This document shows, one piece after another, positions 16,800-25,763 of a DNA stretch of 32,000 nucleotides. The notes under the pieces were generated by a model. That model saw only the letters and a list, made by a program, of their open reading frames with translations. It was not told the DNA's origin and ran no database searches. Within the stretch, counting starts at the first letter, position 1, and each line of letters begins with the position of its first letter. A program made the translations under genes and the position numbers. This DNA comes from Candidatus Saccharimonadota bacterium. Its GTDB lineage: Archaea; Nanohalarchaeota; Nanosalinia; Nanosalinales; Nanosalinaceae. Where the stretch lies: assembly GCF_047555085.1 (NCBI RefSeq), contig NZ_CP180230.1:30001-62000 (forward strand), given 5' to 3'.

Positions 16800-16973
16800 T
16801 TTGGTGTCTCTTTCAAGCTTACGACACGTTGATGTGTCATTTCCGCTGGAAGTCGGGCGACCGATACTTTCAGGGGTGAAGGAGTAAAAACCGCTTTTGT
16901 AGAGTGTGTTAGTCTCTTTTAGCCCTTCTGGGAGTGTTTTCTGGCGGATATCAAAAATAGAGGTGAATCAGGT

Positions 16974-17279
16974 TTGACTACAGAATCCGAAATTGAATCA
17001 GAGTACCCGGTAAGAGGAGGAACATTTGTTGGAAGAGTTGTATCTAATAAAATGGACAAATCAGCGACTGTCCGATGGGAACATGCGCAGAAGGTTCCTA
17101 AGTTCGAGAGGTACGAGCGAAGAAATACTAAAATATCAGTTCACGTACCTGAGGGCGTCGAGGTTGAGGAAGGCGATCAGGTAAAAGTTGGCGAGACAAA
17201 GCCTATCTCTAAAACCAAGAGTCATGTCATCATGAAGGTTTTCGATGACGATGAAGAAATCGATGTAGAGGAGGAATGA
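16974..17279 (+). CDS. rps17: 30S ribosomal protein uS17
   Basis: GRVVSNKMDKSATVRWE and GDQVKVGETKPISKTK motifs. TTG start is preceded by SD gaggtga. The C-terminal tail is acidic. Confidence 0.9.
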   Translation: MTTESEIESEYPVRGGTFVGRVVSNKMDKSATVRWEHAQKVPKFERYERRNTKISVHVPEGVEVEEGDQVKVGETKPISKTKSHVIMKVFDDDEEIDVEEE

Positions 17280-17284
17280 TCTAG

Positions 17285-17683
17285 ATGAAGCCTGTAGGAT
17301 CTAATATTACACGTACTCTGGATATCGGTGCCGAGCTTACTTGTGCCGATAACTCCGGAGCGAAGAAACTGAAAATAATTGGAGTTAAGAGCCAGGCCAG
17401 CAGAAGAAGCCGAAGAAACTCCGCTGGCGTAGGCGATATCGTAGTTGTCAAAATCTTGAAGGGTGACGAAGAAGTCAAGCACCAGGTCTTTGACGCAGTT
17501 ATCGTCAGACAGAGGAAGGAGTTCCAGAGGCCTGACGGTCTTCGCGTAAAGTTTGAAGACAATGCTGCTGTACTTATGGAGGAAGGAGGCCTTCCGAAGG
17601 GATCTGTTACGAAAGGTCCTATCGCGAAGGAAGTTGTGCAGCGTTTCAGCCCTGTAGGAAAAATCGCATCGAAGGTAGTGTAA
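17285..17683 (+). CDS. rpl14: 50S ribosomal protein uL14
   Basis: 132 aa with CADNSGAKKLKIIGV and DNAAVLM motifs. Confidence 0.95.
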   Translation: MKPVGSNITRTLDIGAELTCADNSGAKKLKIIGVKSQASRRSRRNSAGVGDIVVVKILKGDEEVKHQVFDAVIVRQRKEFQRPDGLRVKFEDNAAVLMEEGGLPKGSVTKGPIAKEVVQRFSPVGKIASKVV

Positions 17684-17697
17684 AGAGGTAATCAAAA

Positions 17698-18471
17698 ATG
17701 AAGCAGAAGCAGAACTGGAGTAGTTCATGGAAGTCAAGTACCGATCCTCAGAAGCAGAGGAAGTACAGACAGAACGCTCCACAGCACGTAAAGGATGATT
17801 TTATTTCAGCAAATCTTTCCCACGATCTCAGAGACGAGCTTGAGACACGTAATCTAGGCCTGAGAAACGGTGACCGTGTAAGAGTTATGAGAGGTGACAG
17901 GAAAGGCGCTGAAGGAATTGTAAATGAAATTGATAGAGAAAATGAAAGAATTTTCATCGACGGCGTAGAGGATACAGCTGTCGATGGATCGAAGAGACAG
18001 ATTCCTTTGAGGCCTTCAAACGTACAGATCCAGGGCCTTAACTTGAGCGATGAAAGAAGACTTGAGAAGTTTGCTGTAGAGGACTTCGAAGAGATCAAGG
18101 TTTCAGATGAGGAAGTTGAAGAAGCTCTTGAAACGGATGAAGAGGAAGAGATGATGCAGCAGCTTCAGGGCGGCGGAGAGCCGGCTGACACAGGAGACCT
18201 CGATGAAGAAGAGATCGAGAAGATTGAAGAAGAGATCGAGGAGGAAATCGACGAGGAAGACATCGAAGACATGAAGGAAGAGGCCTCTGAAGAAGATGAA
18301 GAGGAATCTTCCGTTGACTACAGCGATGTTGTTTCAAGCAATATCGGTGAAGTCAAGGAGGCAGTTGAAGGGATGGAAAGTCCTGACTTCGATGCGCTTA
18401 TCGAGGCCGAAAAGGCTGGAAAGGATCGTAAAACCATGATCGAGTATTTGGAGAATCAAAAGGAGGAATAA
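17698..18471 (+). CDS. rpl24: 50S ribosomal protein uL24 with a long acidic C-terminal extension ending in a conserved ~50-aa module
   Basis: The KOW core (GDRVRVMRGDRKGAEGIVNEIDRENERIFIDGV) lies within the first ~120 aa. It is followed by about 85 aa of poly-acidic linker and the terminal ...VSSNIGEVKEAVEGMESPDFDALIEAEKAGKDRKTMIEYLENQKEE. Confidence 0.93.
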   Translation: MKQKQNWSSSWKSSTDPQKQRKYRQNAPQHVKDDFISANLSHDLRDELETRNLGLRNGDRVRVMRGDRKGAEGIVNEIDRENERIFIDGVEDTAVDGSKRQIPLRPSNVQIQGLNLSDERRLEKFAVEDFEEIKVSDEEVEEALETDEEEEMMQQLQGGGEPADTGDLDEEEIEKIEEEIEEEIDEEDIEDMKEEASEEDEEESSVDYSDVVSSNIGEVKEAVEGMESPDFDALIEAEKAGKDRKTMIEYLENQKEE

Positions 18472-18474
18472 AGT

Positions 18475-19125
18475 ATGACACATCAGAAGAGACTTTCAGC
18501 ACCTAAACATTACCCTATTGAACGTAAGAAGACGACTTACGTTTCGACTATCAGAGGTTCAAGGGATGCAGACTCTGCTATTCCAGCTTCTCTTTTCCTT
18601 AGAGAGGTTGTAGGTTACGCAGAGACAAATAAGGAAGCAAAAGAAATCGTCCGTAACGGAGATCTTCTTAGAAACGGCGAGGAAATAGGAGATGTCCAGG
18701 AAGGCCTAGGAGTTCTCGATCTTGTCGAGCTACCGAAGGCTGACGATACTTTCAGGGTGCTGAAAAACGGAGATAATCTTGATTTTGTGCCTGTTGAAGA
18801 TGGAGAAGTTGTAGCGAAAGTAGTTGGAAAAGATGTTGAAGGCGACGAACTCGTATACAGACTTCACAACGGAGAGAATTACAGGACAAAGGACGAGTTC
18901 AGCACAGGAAGCACTCTTGTACTTGGAGATGGAGTAGAGGAAGTAGAGCTTGAAGAAGGCGCAGAAGTCCTTGTAATCAAGGGACAGCACGCTGGAGAGA
19001 CAGCAGAAGTACAGGAGATCAACAGCAGAGGAATGAATCCTGATACAGCAGTAATTGAAAACGGAGAATCATTCGAAACCCAGCTTGACAACCTAGTGGC
19101 TGTTACAGGCCTGGAGGTCAGGTGA
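18475..19125 (+). CDS. rps4e: 30S ribosomal protein eS4
   Basis: HQKRLSAPKHYPIERKKTTYV N-terminus, archaeal/eukaryotic-specific. 216 aa. Confidence 0.93.
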   Translation: MTHQKRLSAPKHYPIERKKTTYVSTIRGSRDADSAIPASLFLREVVGYAETNKEAKEIVRNGDLLRNGEEIGDVQEGLGVLDLVELPKADDTFRVLKNGDNLDFVPVEDGEVVAKVVGKDVEGDELVYRLHNGENYRTKDEFSTGSTLVLGDGVEEVELEEGAEVLVIKGQHAGETAEVQEINSRGMNPDTAVIENGESFETQLDNLVAVTGLEVR

Positions 19126-19130
19126 TTAAC

Positions 19131-19643
19131 ATGTCAAATGAAATGAAGGATATTGAAATCGCAAAGGTAGTTGTCAACATCGGAGCAGGACAGGTAGGAG
19201 ACGAAGTAGAGAAATCCTATGATCTTATCGAGAAGCTTACAGGAAGACAGCCAGTACGGACAGAATCCGGTGAAGATGCAAAGACCTTTGGAAAGAGAGC
19301 AGGCCTTAATCTTGGAGTTATGACAACTCTGAGAGGGGAAGAGGCCCGTGAATTCCTTGAGAAAGTATTCCCTGCAGCAGATAACGAACTGAACGCAGAG
19401 GCCTTCGATGGAGCCGGCAACTTTTCGTTCGGAATCTCCGAGTACATCGATGTTCCTGGAGTCGATTATGACTCTGACATCGGTATGCGTGGTTTCGAAG
19501 TTGCCGTCAAGCTTGAGAGGCCTGGTTACAGGGTAAAGAAGAGAGATCACAAGCCTCGTGAGATAGGTAAGGATCACCTGATAAGTGATGATGAGGCCCG
19601 TGAGTTCGTCGAGGAAGATCTCGGCGTAGAGGTGGTTGAATAA
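19131..19643 (+). CDS. rpl5: 50S ribosomal protein uL5
   Basis: [13 protein letters not shown] and [18 protein letters not shown] motifs. ATG 19131 follows SD aggtga; an alternative GTG at 19122 overlaps the eS4 stop. Confidence 0.93.
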   Translation: MSNEMKDIEIAKVVVNIGAGQVGDEVEKSYDLIEKLTGRQPVRTESGEDAKTFGKRAGLNLGVMTTLRGEEAREFLEKVFPAADNELNAEAFDGAGNFSFGISEYIDVPGVDYDSDIGMRGFEVAVKLERPGYRVKKRDHKPREIGKDHLISDDEAREFVEEDLGVEVVE

Positions 19644-19867
19644 TGAGTTATGAGAAAGTACTGGAGCAGATAAAGCACAAGGAAGGCAAGAGAAGGAAGT
19701 TTGAGAAACATAATACTCCAAAGGAGAGAGATTACGGAAAATCCACAAAAGAATGCAGAAGATGCGGAAGAACAGGCCGTGGAGTTATCTCCAAGTACGG
19801 TCTTGACTACTGTAGACAGTGCTTCCGTGAAATCGCAGAAGATCTCGGCTTTGAACAGCTGAGCTAA
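19643..19867 (+). CDS. rps14: 30S ribosomal protein uS14 (zinc-binding type)
   Basis: [26 protein letters not shown] CxxC...CxxC motif. TAATG stop/start overlap with uL5. Confidence 0.92.
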   Translation: MSYEKVLEQIKHKEGKRRKFEKHNTPKERDYGKSTKECRRCGRTGRGVISKYGLDYCRQCFREIAEDLGFEQLS

Positions 19868-19884
19868 TCAGGAGGTAATAAAAA

Positions 19885-20274
19885 ATGACACAGGATACAC
19901 TTAGCGATGCACTTTCGTCCATTAACAATGCTGTAAGGTCGGATAACGATTATGCAGTTATCTCACCTACAAGTGACTTGGTGAAGAACGTACTTGTACA
20001 GCTACAGCAGGAAGGTTACATCGGAGTCTTCGAGCTTGTCGAAGACGGAAAAGGAGGAAAGTTCAAGGTAGAAGTAACAGGCAAGATCAACGAGTGCCAG
20101 TCAATCAAGCCGAGGTTCTCAATGAGCAACGACGAATATCAGAAATGGGCTCAGAGATATCTACCGGCTCGAGGATTCGGTAAACTTATCGTTACAACCC
20201 CTCAGGGCGTCATGACACATGAACAGGCCCGCGAACAACAGATAGGAGGAAAGCTCCTGGGATACGTCTACTAG
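19885..20274 (+). CDS. rps8: 30S ribosomal protein uS8
   Basis: DTLSDALSSINNA N-terminus and a C-terminal GGKLLGYVY. SD caggaggt lies upstream. Confidence 0.95.
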   Translation: MTQDTLSDALSSINNAVRSDNDYAVISPTSDLVKNVLVQLQQEGYIGVFELVEDGKGGKFKVEVTGKINECQSIKPRFSMSNDEYQKWAQRYLPARGFGKLIVTTPQGVMTHEQAREQQIGGKLLGYVY

Positions 20275-20284
20275 GTGGTTAAAG

Positions 20285-20806
20285 ATGAAAATCGAAAAAG
20301 ATCTTCCAGAAGATTATGAAGCAGAATACGAGGATGGAGTCCTGACAGTTTCAGACGGCTCTCAGGAAGTTGAGAAGAAACTGGATCATGCAAGAGTAGA
20401 TGTAGAGGTACAGGGAGACAAAGTCGCATTCTCGACAGAAAGCAGTAAAAGAAATATTGAAAGTATAGTCAAGACTTTCAGCAGGCATTTCGACAACATG
20501 GTCGAAGGCCTGGAAGAAGAGCATGTCTACGAACTGAAAGGTGTCTACGCACACTTCCCTATGACAATCAAGACTGAAGGAGATCAGCTTGTTGTCGAAA
20601 ACTTTATGGGAGAAAGAAAGCCTAGAAAAGCAGACATCATGGAAGGAGTAGACGTCTCAGTGAACGGCGAAGAAATCACAGTTAAAGGCCCGGACAAAGA
20701 CAAGGTATCTCAGACAGCTGCACGTATAGAGCAGCTTTCCAACAAAGGAAACAGAGATCCAAGAACGTTCCAGGACGGGATTTACATCGTAAGAGGTGAC
20801 CGATAA
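20285..20806 (+). CDS. rpl6: 50S ribosomal protein uL6
   Basis: 173 aa with the two-repeat L6 pattern (YAHFPMTIK...; GPDKDKVSQTAARIEQ). Synteny fits. Confidence 0.93.
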   Translation: MKIEKDLPEDYEAEYEDGVLTVSDGSQEVEKKLDHARVDVEVQGDKVAFSTESSKRNIESIVKTFSRHFDNMVEGLEEEHVYELKGVYAHFPMTIKTEGDQLVVENFMGERKPRKADIMEGVDVSVNGEEITVKGPDKDKVSQTAARIEQLSNKGNRDPRTFQDGIYIVRGDR

Positions 20807-21132
20807 TGAGTTTCAAGAGACAGGATAATCATAAGAAGAAGAGTGTACCGGACTCATGGAGAAGGCCTACAGGAGGCCACTCTCGTGCACGTCTAGAGAA
20901 GAAAGGTGCAGTACCACTTCCAAAAGCAGGTTACAGAACGCCAAAGAGCGAACGTGGAAAGCATCCTTCAGGATTTGAAGAGGTTCTGGTACACAATGTT
21001 TCAGAACTTGAACAGCTTGACGATGGAGAAGCAGCTCGTATCGCCTCAAAAGTTGGAGGCAAGAAGAAAGAGCAGATCATCGAAAAAGCTGACGAAGAAG
21101 AAATTAAAGTGCTTAACAGAGGTGACTACTAA
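20806..21132 (+). CDS. rpl32e: 50S ribosomal protein eL32
   Basis: WRRPTGGHSRAR and GYRTPKSERGKHPSGFEEVLVHN motifs. TAATG overlap with uL6. Confidence 0.93.
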   Translation: MSFKRQDNHKKKSVPDSWRRPTGGHSRARLEKKGAVPLPKAGYRTPKSERGKHPSGFEEVLVHNVSELEQLDDGEAARIASKVGGKKKEQIIEKADEEEIKVLNRGDY

Positions 21133-21572
21133 TGGATTTGAAGAGTCAGAGAAGAATGGCCGCAGACATCATGGATGTCGGCAAGGACAGAGTATGGATG
21201 GATCCTGATCAGATGGAGAAGATTGACGAAGCCATCACAAGAAAAGACATCAGGAATCTAGTTGAAGGAGGAGCAATCCAGAAAAAGGATGTAAAAGGTA
21301 CATCCAAAGGCCGAGCAAGAAAGAACAAGAAACAGAAGCAGAAAGGCCGCAGAAAAGGTCATGGAAGCAGAAAAGGCCCTAAGACTGCAAGAAAGTCCGA
21401 GAAAGATGAATGGATGAACAAGATCAGGGCCCTCAGATCTGATCTGAAGGAGATGCGAGATAATGATGAACTTACACAGGAACAGTACAGAGAACTTTAC
21501 AGAAAGGCCAAAGGAGGCTTTTTCAGAAATCGTAAACACCTTGAAAACTACGTTGAGAATGAGGTAGAGTGA
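21132..21572 (+). CDS. rpl19e: 50S ribosomal protein eL19
   Basis: DLKSQRRMAADIMDVGKDRVWMDP N-terminus and a basic KGRRKGHGSRKG stretch. TAATG overlap with eL32. Confidence 0.93.
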   Translation: MDLKSQRRMAADIMDVGKDRVWMDPDQMEKIDEAITRKDIRNLVEGGAIQKKDVKGTSKGRARKNKKQKQKGRRKGHGSRKGPKTARKSEKDEWMNKIRALRSDLKEMRDNDELTQEQYRELYRKAKGGFFRNRKHLENYVENEVE

Positions 21573-21574
21573 TT

Positions 21575-22081
21575 ATGGGAAAGACATCTAGCTATCGTAA
21601 GCCTTTCACAAGAAGAAAGGATCAGAAGACTGATTATGAGCAGAGGCTTCAGCTCATCAAGGCAGACAAGCCAAGAGCTGTAGTACGAACCTCAAACAAT
21701 CATACTAGAGTACATCTTTCAGAATATGATCCTGAAGGAGACGAAAATACTGCACAGACGATAAGCAAGCAGCTTGAAGAGTATGGATGGGAACATCATA
21801 CAGGAAATATTCCTGCAGCATATCTGACAGGATTCCTGGCAGGACAGAAAGCTGACGCTGATGAAGCAGTTCTCGATATAGGCCTGAGAAAGGATGCTCG
21901 TGAAGGAAGAATCTTCGCAGCAGTACAGGGCCTGAGAGATGCAGGAGTCGAAGTTCCTGTAGGAGATGAGGCTCTTCCAGAGGAATCACGTATGAGAGGA
22001 GAGCACATCAAGGAGATGTCAGGAAAGGATGTACCATCAAATCTTGAAGAAGTCAAGGAAAACATCGAAGGTGATTACTAA
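21575..22081 (+). CDS. rpl18: 50S ribosomal protein uL18
   Basis: YRKPFTRRKDQKTDYEQRLQL N-terminus. ATG 21575 follows SD gaggta; an alternative GTG at 21569 overlaps the eL19 stop. Confidence 0.93.
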   Translation: MGKTSSYRKPFTRRKDQKTDYEQRLQLIKADKPRAVVRTSNNHTRVHLSEYDPEGDENTAQTISKQLEEYGWEHHTGNIPAAYLTGFLAGQKADADEAVLDIGLRKDAREGRIFAAVQGLRDAGVEVPVGDEALPEESRMRGEHIKEMSGKDVPSNLEEVKENIEGDY

Positions 22082-22758
22082 TGGCAGATCAGGAAATGGA
22101 GGACGAAGAGATTTGGACTCCGAAGACAAAACTAGGTAAGAAAGTTGCAAAAGGCCAGATAACAGATATCGTAGAGGCCTTGCGCTCTGATAGAAAGATC
22201 ATGGAGCCTGAGCTGGTTGATCAGCTTGTGGATCTTGATGAAGAAGTTGTACTGATCGGAGGAACACCTGGAAAAGGAGGAGGAAAGTCCAGGACTGTTT
22301 CAAAGAGAACAGTACGTATGCACAAGTCAGGAGCACGTTACAACTCCAAGGCCATGTCCATTCTTGGGGACAAGAACAAGGTAATCGGAATCGGCATGGG
22401 AGAATCAGATGACACTCGTGCAGCTATCGAAGATGCTACTCGAAACGCAAAGCTTAATCTGATTGAAGTCCAGAGAGGAAACGGATCCTGGGAAGACAGA
22501 GGAGATACAGAGACATCTATTCCTTTCAAGGTAACAGGAAAGTCAGGTTCAGTTGAAGTAGAGCTGAAGCCAGCGCCGAAAGGAACAGGCCTGGCAGCAG
22601 GAGAAGCAATCCAGAAGATGTGCGAACTAGCAGGAATCGAAGACATCTGGGCAACTTCACGTGGAAGCACAAGGACACGTGAAAACATGGTTAAGGCTAC
22701 TTTCGAGGCCTTCAAAAAGCTCAACGAATATCAGAGAGACGAGGAGAGTGAAGAATAA
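22081..22758 (+). CDS. rps5: 30S ribosomal protein uS5
   Basis: WTPKTKLGKKV..., VIGIGMGESDDTRAAIEDA and SGSVEVELKPAPKGTGLAAG motifs. TAATG overlap with uL18. Confidence 0.95.
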   Translation: MADQEMEDEEIWTPKTKLGKKVAKGQITDIVEALRSDRKIMEPELVDQLVDLDEEVVLIGGTPGKGGGKSRTVSKRTVRMHKSGARYNSKAMSILGDKNKVIGIGMGESDDTRAAIEDATRNAKLNLIEVQRGNGSWEDRGDTETSIPFKVTGKSGSVEVELKPAPKGTGLAAGEAIQKMCELAGIEDIWATSRGSTRTRENMVKATFEAFKKLNEYQRDEESEE

Positions 22759-23105
22759 TGATTGCAGCAGTAAGACTCAGAGGTTCAGTTGATCTTTCAC
22801 AGCCTGTCAAGGATACTCTCGACAGCCTGAATCTTGATCAGAGGAACAAGTGTGTTCTCATTGATGAAGACAACGAAGCCGCTGTCGGAATGCTTGAGAA
22901 AGTAAGTAACTTTATCACTTACGGAAAGATAAGTGAAGATACAGTCGAAAAAATTGAAGATAAAGAAGGAGAAGCAAGTCCAGGGACATCTCTAGGCCTG
23001 AGGCCTCCATCCGGAGGTTTCAAGGACACCAGGAAACACGTTAACTCTGGTGGCGCACTAGGCGAAAGAGATGATATGGATGAACTTCTAGAGAAGATGC
23101 TTTAA
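22758..23105 (+). CDS. rpl30: 50S ribosomal protein uL30
   Basis: AAVRLRGSVDLSQPVKDTLDSLNL N-terminus. At 115 aa it is shorter than many archaeal L30 proteins. TAATG overlap with uS5. Confidence 0.88.
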   Translation: MIAAVRLRGSVDLSQPVKDTLDSLNLDQRNKCVLIDEDNEAAVGMLEKVSNFITYGKISEDTVEKIEDKEGEASPGTSLGLRPPSGGFKDTRKHVNSGGALGERDDMDELLEKML

Positions 23106-23116
23106 GGTGAATCATA

Positions 23117-23545
23117 ATGACAAAGAGAAGATCCAAGAAGAATAAGTCCGGAAGTCATGGATACGGAAGCTCCAAAAAGAACAGAGGAGCAGGTAACCGT
23201 GGTGGACGGGGAAACGCCGGTGGAGGAAAGAAGGCGCAGTCCAAGAACATGACAGAAACCGGTATCAATGAACTCGGGGAAGAAGGATTTAACTCCCGTA
23301 AAGAACCTCAGACAGGTATCAATCTTAGAGATATCGATCAGAGGATTGAAGAGTTCGTTGAAGAAGGCCTTGCAGAAGAGGAAGACGGCAAGTACGTTTT
23401 CCATGCAGATGAAGCTGGCTATGACAAGGTTCTAGGCGGTGGAAAGATCACAAGGTCTATAGAGATCAGAGCAGAAAAATTCTCAGATTCTGCTGAAAGA
23501 AAGATTGAGGATTCGGAATCTGAAGCAGTTGTACTAGAGGAATAG
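23117..23545 (+). CDS. rpl15: 50S ribosomal protein uL15
   Basis: Gly/Arg-rich N-terminus (GSHGYGSSKKNRGAGNRGGRGNAGGGKK) and YDKVLGGGKI. SD aaggtga lies upstream. Confidence 0.93.
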   Translation: MTKRRSKKNKSGSHGYGSSKKNRGAGNRGGRGNAGGGKKAQSKNMTETGINELGEEGFNSRKEPQTGINLRDIDQRIEEFVEEGLAEEEDGKYVFHADEAGYDKVLGGGKITRSIEIRAEKFSDSAERKIEDSESEAVVLEE

Positions 23546-23552
23546 AGCACAA

Positions 23553-24944
23553 ATGGTTTCATTCGTAGGGATTGCAAGCTATCTTCCAAGCATCAGAGAG
23601 CCAGAGAAAGAGCAGTCGTTAAAGGAGATGCTGGCATGGACAGGAGTTGTACTTCTCCTGTACTTCCTGCTTGGTTCTATCAATGTCTACGGAGCGAATT
23701 CTGAAGCAGTTGCACAGGCACTTACACGTCTGGAGACATTCCAGACACTTCTAGGAGCACAGATTGGTTCTATAATTACACTGGGAATTGGACCTATCGT
23801 TACGTCCAGTATTGTACTTCAGATGATGGTAGGATCCGAGCTACTTCCATGGAATACAAATACACAGGAAGGAAAGCAGAAGTTCCAGGCGGCACAGAAA
23901 GTACTGGCCTACTCTCTCACAGTTATAGAGGCCTTCGGATGGGTTCTATCCGGAAACTTCGGGCCTGTATCTGGAGATCCTATGCTTGTATTCCTTCTGG
24001 CAGGACAGATCACTATTGGAGGGTGGCTGATAATCCTGATGGACGATCTCGTCCAGAAATGGGGATTCGGATCAGGAACAGGAATATTCATTGCTGCAGG
24101 AGTATCTAAAGCAGTTTACATCTCAGCAGTATCACCTCTAACACAGACAGGAGAGCTTTTCTGGAGTGTCGGAGGAGGAACAGGAACACCTGTAGGAGCA
24201 CTTTTCCAGTTCATAAACAGCTTTGAGCTTACGGCACTTTTGCCTATCGTCTCAACTATACTGGTTTTCTCGGTAGTAGTATACATGCAGTCGATGAAAG
24301 TCGAAATACCTCTAACATTTGGAAACGTCAGAGGATTCGGTCAGAAATGGCCTCTTAACTTCATATATACTTCAAATATGCCTGTAATCCTTATTGCAGC
24401 ACTTGTAACAAACTTCCAGATCGTAGGATCATCAATCGCAGGATCCAACGGATGCTCAATCCTTGGATGCTTCTCAGGAGGACAGGCAACATCAGGCCTT
24501 GTAAGCTGGCTTCAGGCCCCTACACAGGCCGTAACATCATTCCTGGGTACAGGAGTAATGGCCCCTAGCGACATAATCCACATACTATTCTACATCTCGG
24601 TATACGCATTCGGATCTGTACTTTTCTCAATCTTCTGGATGAGAACTTCAGGACAGGATCCTGACTCAGTAGCTGAACAGATCCAGCAGACAGGCATGAA
24701 AGTACCAGGATTCAGGAAGGACAAGCGAGTCATAAAGAAAGTCCTCAACCGGTACATCCCTTCACTGACAATCCTATCAGGATTCCTTGTAGGTCTTCTG
24801 GCAGCACTTGCAAACATGACAAGCGCAGCAGGAGGAGGAACAGGTATCCTGCTTACAGTCATGATCCTTTACAAGCTATACGAACAGCTGGCACAGAAGC
24901 ATATGGAAGAACTACACCCAGCGATGAAGGACTTCATGCAATAA
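23553..24944 (+). CDS. secY: Preprotein translocase subunit SecY
   Basis: 463 aa with about 10 TM segments. Shows archaeal SecY/Sec61alpha patterns (GIGPIVTSSIVLQMM, GGWLIILMDDLVQKWGFGSG). Canonical position after uL15. Confidence 0.95.
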   Translation: MVSFVGIASYLPSIREPEKEQSLKEMLAWTGVVLLLYFLLGSINVYGANSEAVAQALTRLETFQTLLGAQIGSIITLGIGPIVTSSIVLQMMVGSELLPWNTNTQEGKQKFQAAQKVLAYSLTVIEAFGWVLSGNFGPVSGDPMLVFLLAGQITIGGWLIILMDDLVQKWGFGSGTGIFIAAGVSKAVYISAVSPLTQTGELFWSVGGGTGTPVGALFQFINSFELTALLPIVSTILVFSVVVYMQSMKVEIPLTFGNVRGFGQKWPLNFIYTSNMPVILIAALVTNFQIVGSSIAGSNGCSILGCFSGGQATSGLVSWLQAPTQAVTSFLGTGVMAPSDIIHILFYISVYAFGSVLFSIFWMRTSGQDPDSVAEQIQQTGMKVPGFRKDKRVIKKVLNRYIPSLTILSGFLVGLLAALANMTSAAGGGTGILLTVMILYKLYEQLAQKHMEELHPAMKDFMQ

Positions 24945-24978
24945 AAACAAGACTCGACAATTCAAAGACAAGGAGACA

Positions 24979-25695
24979 ATGGCAGGAATCAACGCAATAC
25001 TCGCACCACTTTTCGAATTCTACAACACGTTGTTCCAGCCGCTGCTCGCAGCAGGCCCATACGTATCACTGGGCTTCTTCTCCGTACTTCTTGCAGCACT
25101 TTTCTCAGTAATCTACTGGTGGCTTCTCGACATAGAGAAAGCTGACAGGATAAAAGAAAAGATCGACAAGTACCAGGAAAGAATGAAAGAGGCCCGTGAA
25201 GAAGACGAACAGGAAAAGGCCTCAAGCCACTTCAAGAAGACACTACAACTTAACCAGAAGTTCATGATGTTGAACATGAAGCCTATGATCGCCACAATGG
25301 TGTTCGTAGGACTGTTCTTCCCATGGCTTGGAGCGACCTACGCACCGACAGTAGAAATGACACAGATAAACGATACTGCTTACAACGGAACGCTTGAATA
25401 CGCAAATCAGGAAGCAGCTCTAGAGGCCTTGAACGTATCCGGACAGATGCAGTTCCGTGGAGAAGGCGCTCTTTCAACCGACGAGCTTGAAGCTCTTGGA
25501 CTTACATGGGAGGTAACTAACTTCCGGCTTGTTGAAGACCAGACTCACGATGCTGAAATGAAGATCAACGGTAAATTCATAGATCTGCCTGTAAGCATCC
25601 CTCTGGCAGGAGAGGCCCTCAACTGGCTTGGATTCTATATCCTGATCATCATGCCGATGACATACATCTTCAGGAAGCTTCTCGGCGTCCAGTAA
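24979..25695 (+). CDS. DUF106 / EMC3-TMCO1-like membrane protein (archaeal YidC/Oxa1-like insertase candidate)
   Basis: Has an N-terminal TM, a charged coiled-coil (KIDKYQERMKEAREEDEQEK), then KFMMLNMKPMIATMVFVGLFFPWLG and a C-terminal TM. Its position downstream of secY is the usual place for the DUF106 gene in archaea. Confidence 0.7.
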   Translation: MAGINAILAPLFEFYNTLFQPLLAAGPYVSLGFFSVLLAALFSVIYWWLLDIEKADRIKEKIDKYQERMKEAREEDEQEKASSHFKKTLQLNQKFMMLNMKPMIATMVFVGLFFPWLGATYAPTVEMTQINDTAYNGTLEYANQEAALEALNVSGQMQFRGEGALSTDELEALGLTWEVTNFRLVEDQTHDAEMKINGKFIDLPVSIPLAGEALNWLGFYILIIMPMTYIFRKLLGVQ

Positions 25696-25706
25696 AAGGA
25701 CCTAAA

Positions 25707-25724
25707 TTTTTCCCCGTTATTTTT
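25707..25724 (+). terminator. Oligo-T tracts after the DUF106 gene
   Basis: T5 at 25707-25711 and T5 at 25720-25724, directly after the stop codon at 25693-25695. Confidence 0.4.
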
Positions 25725-25763
25725 CTCTCGTAGTTAAAAAACTCGGAGGTAAAGAAAGGAAAT

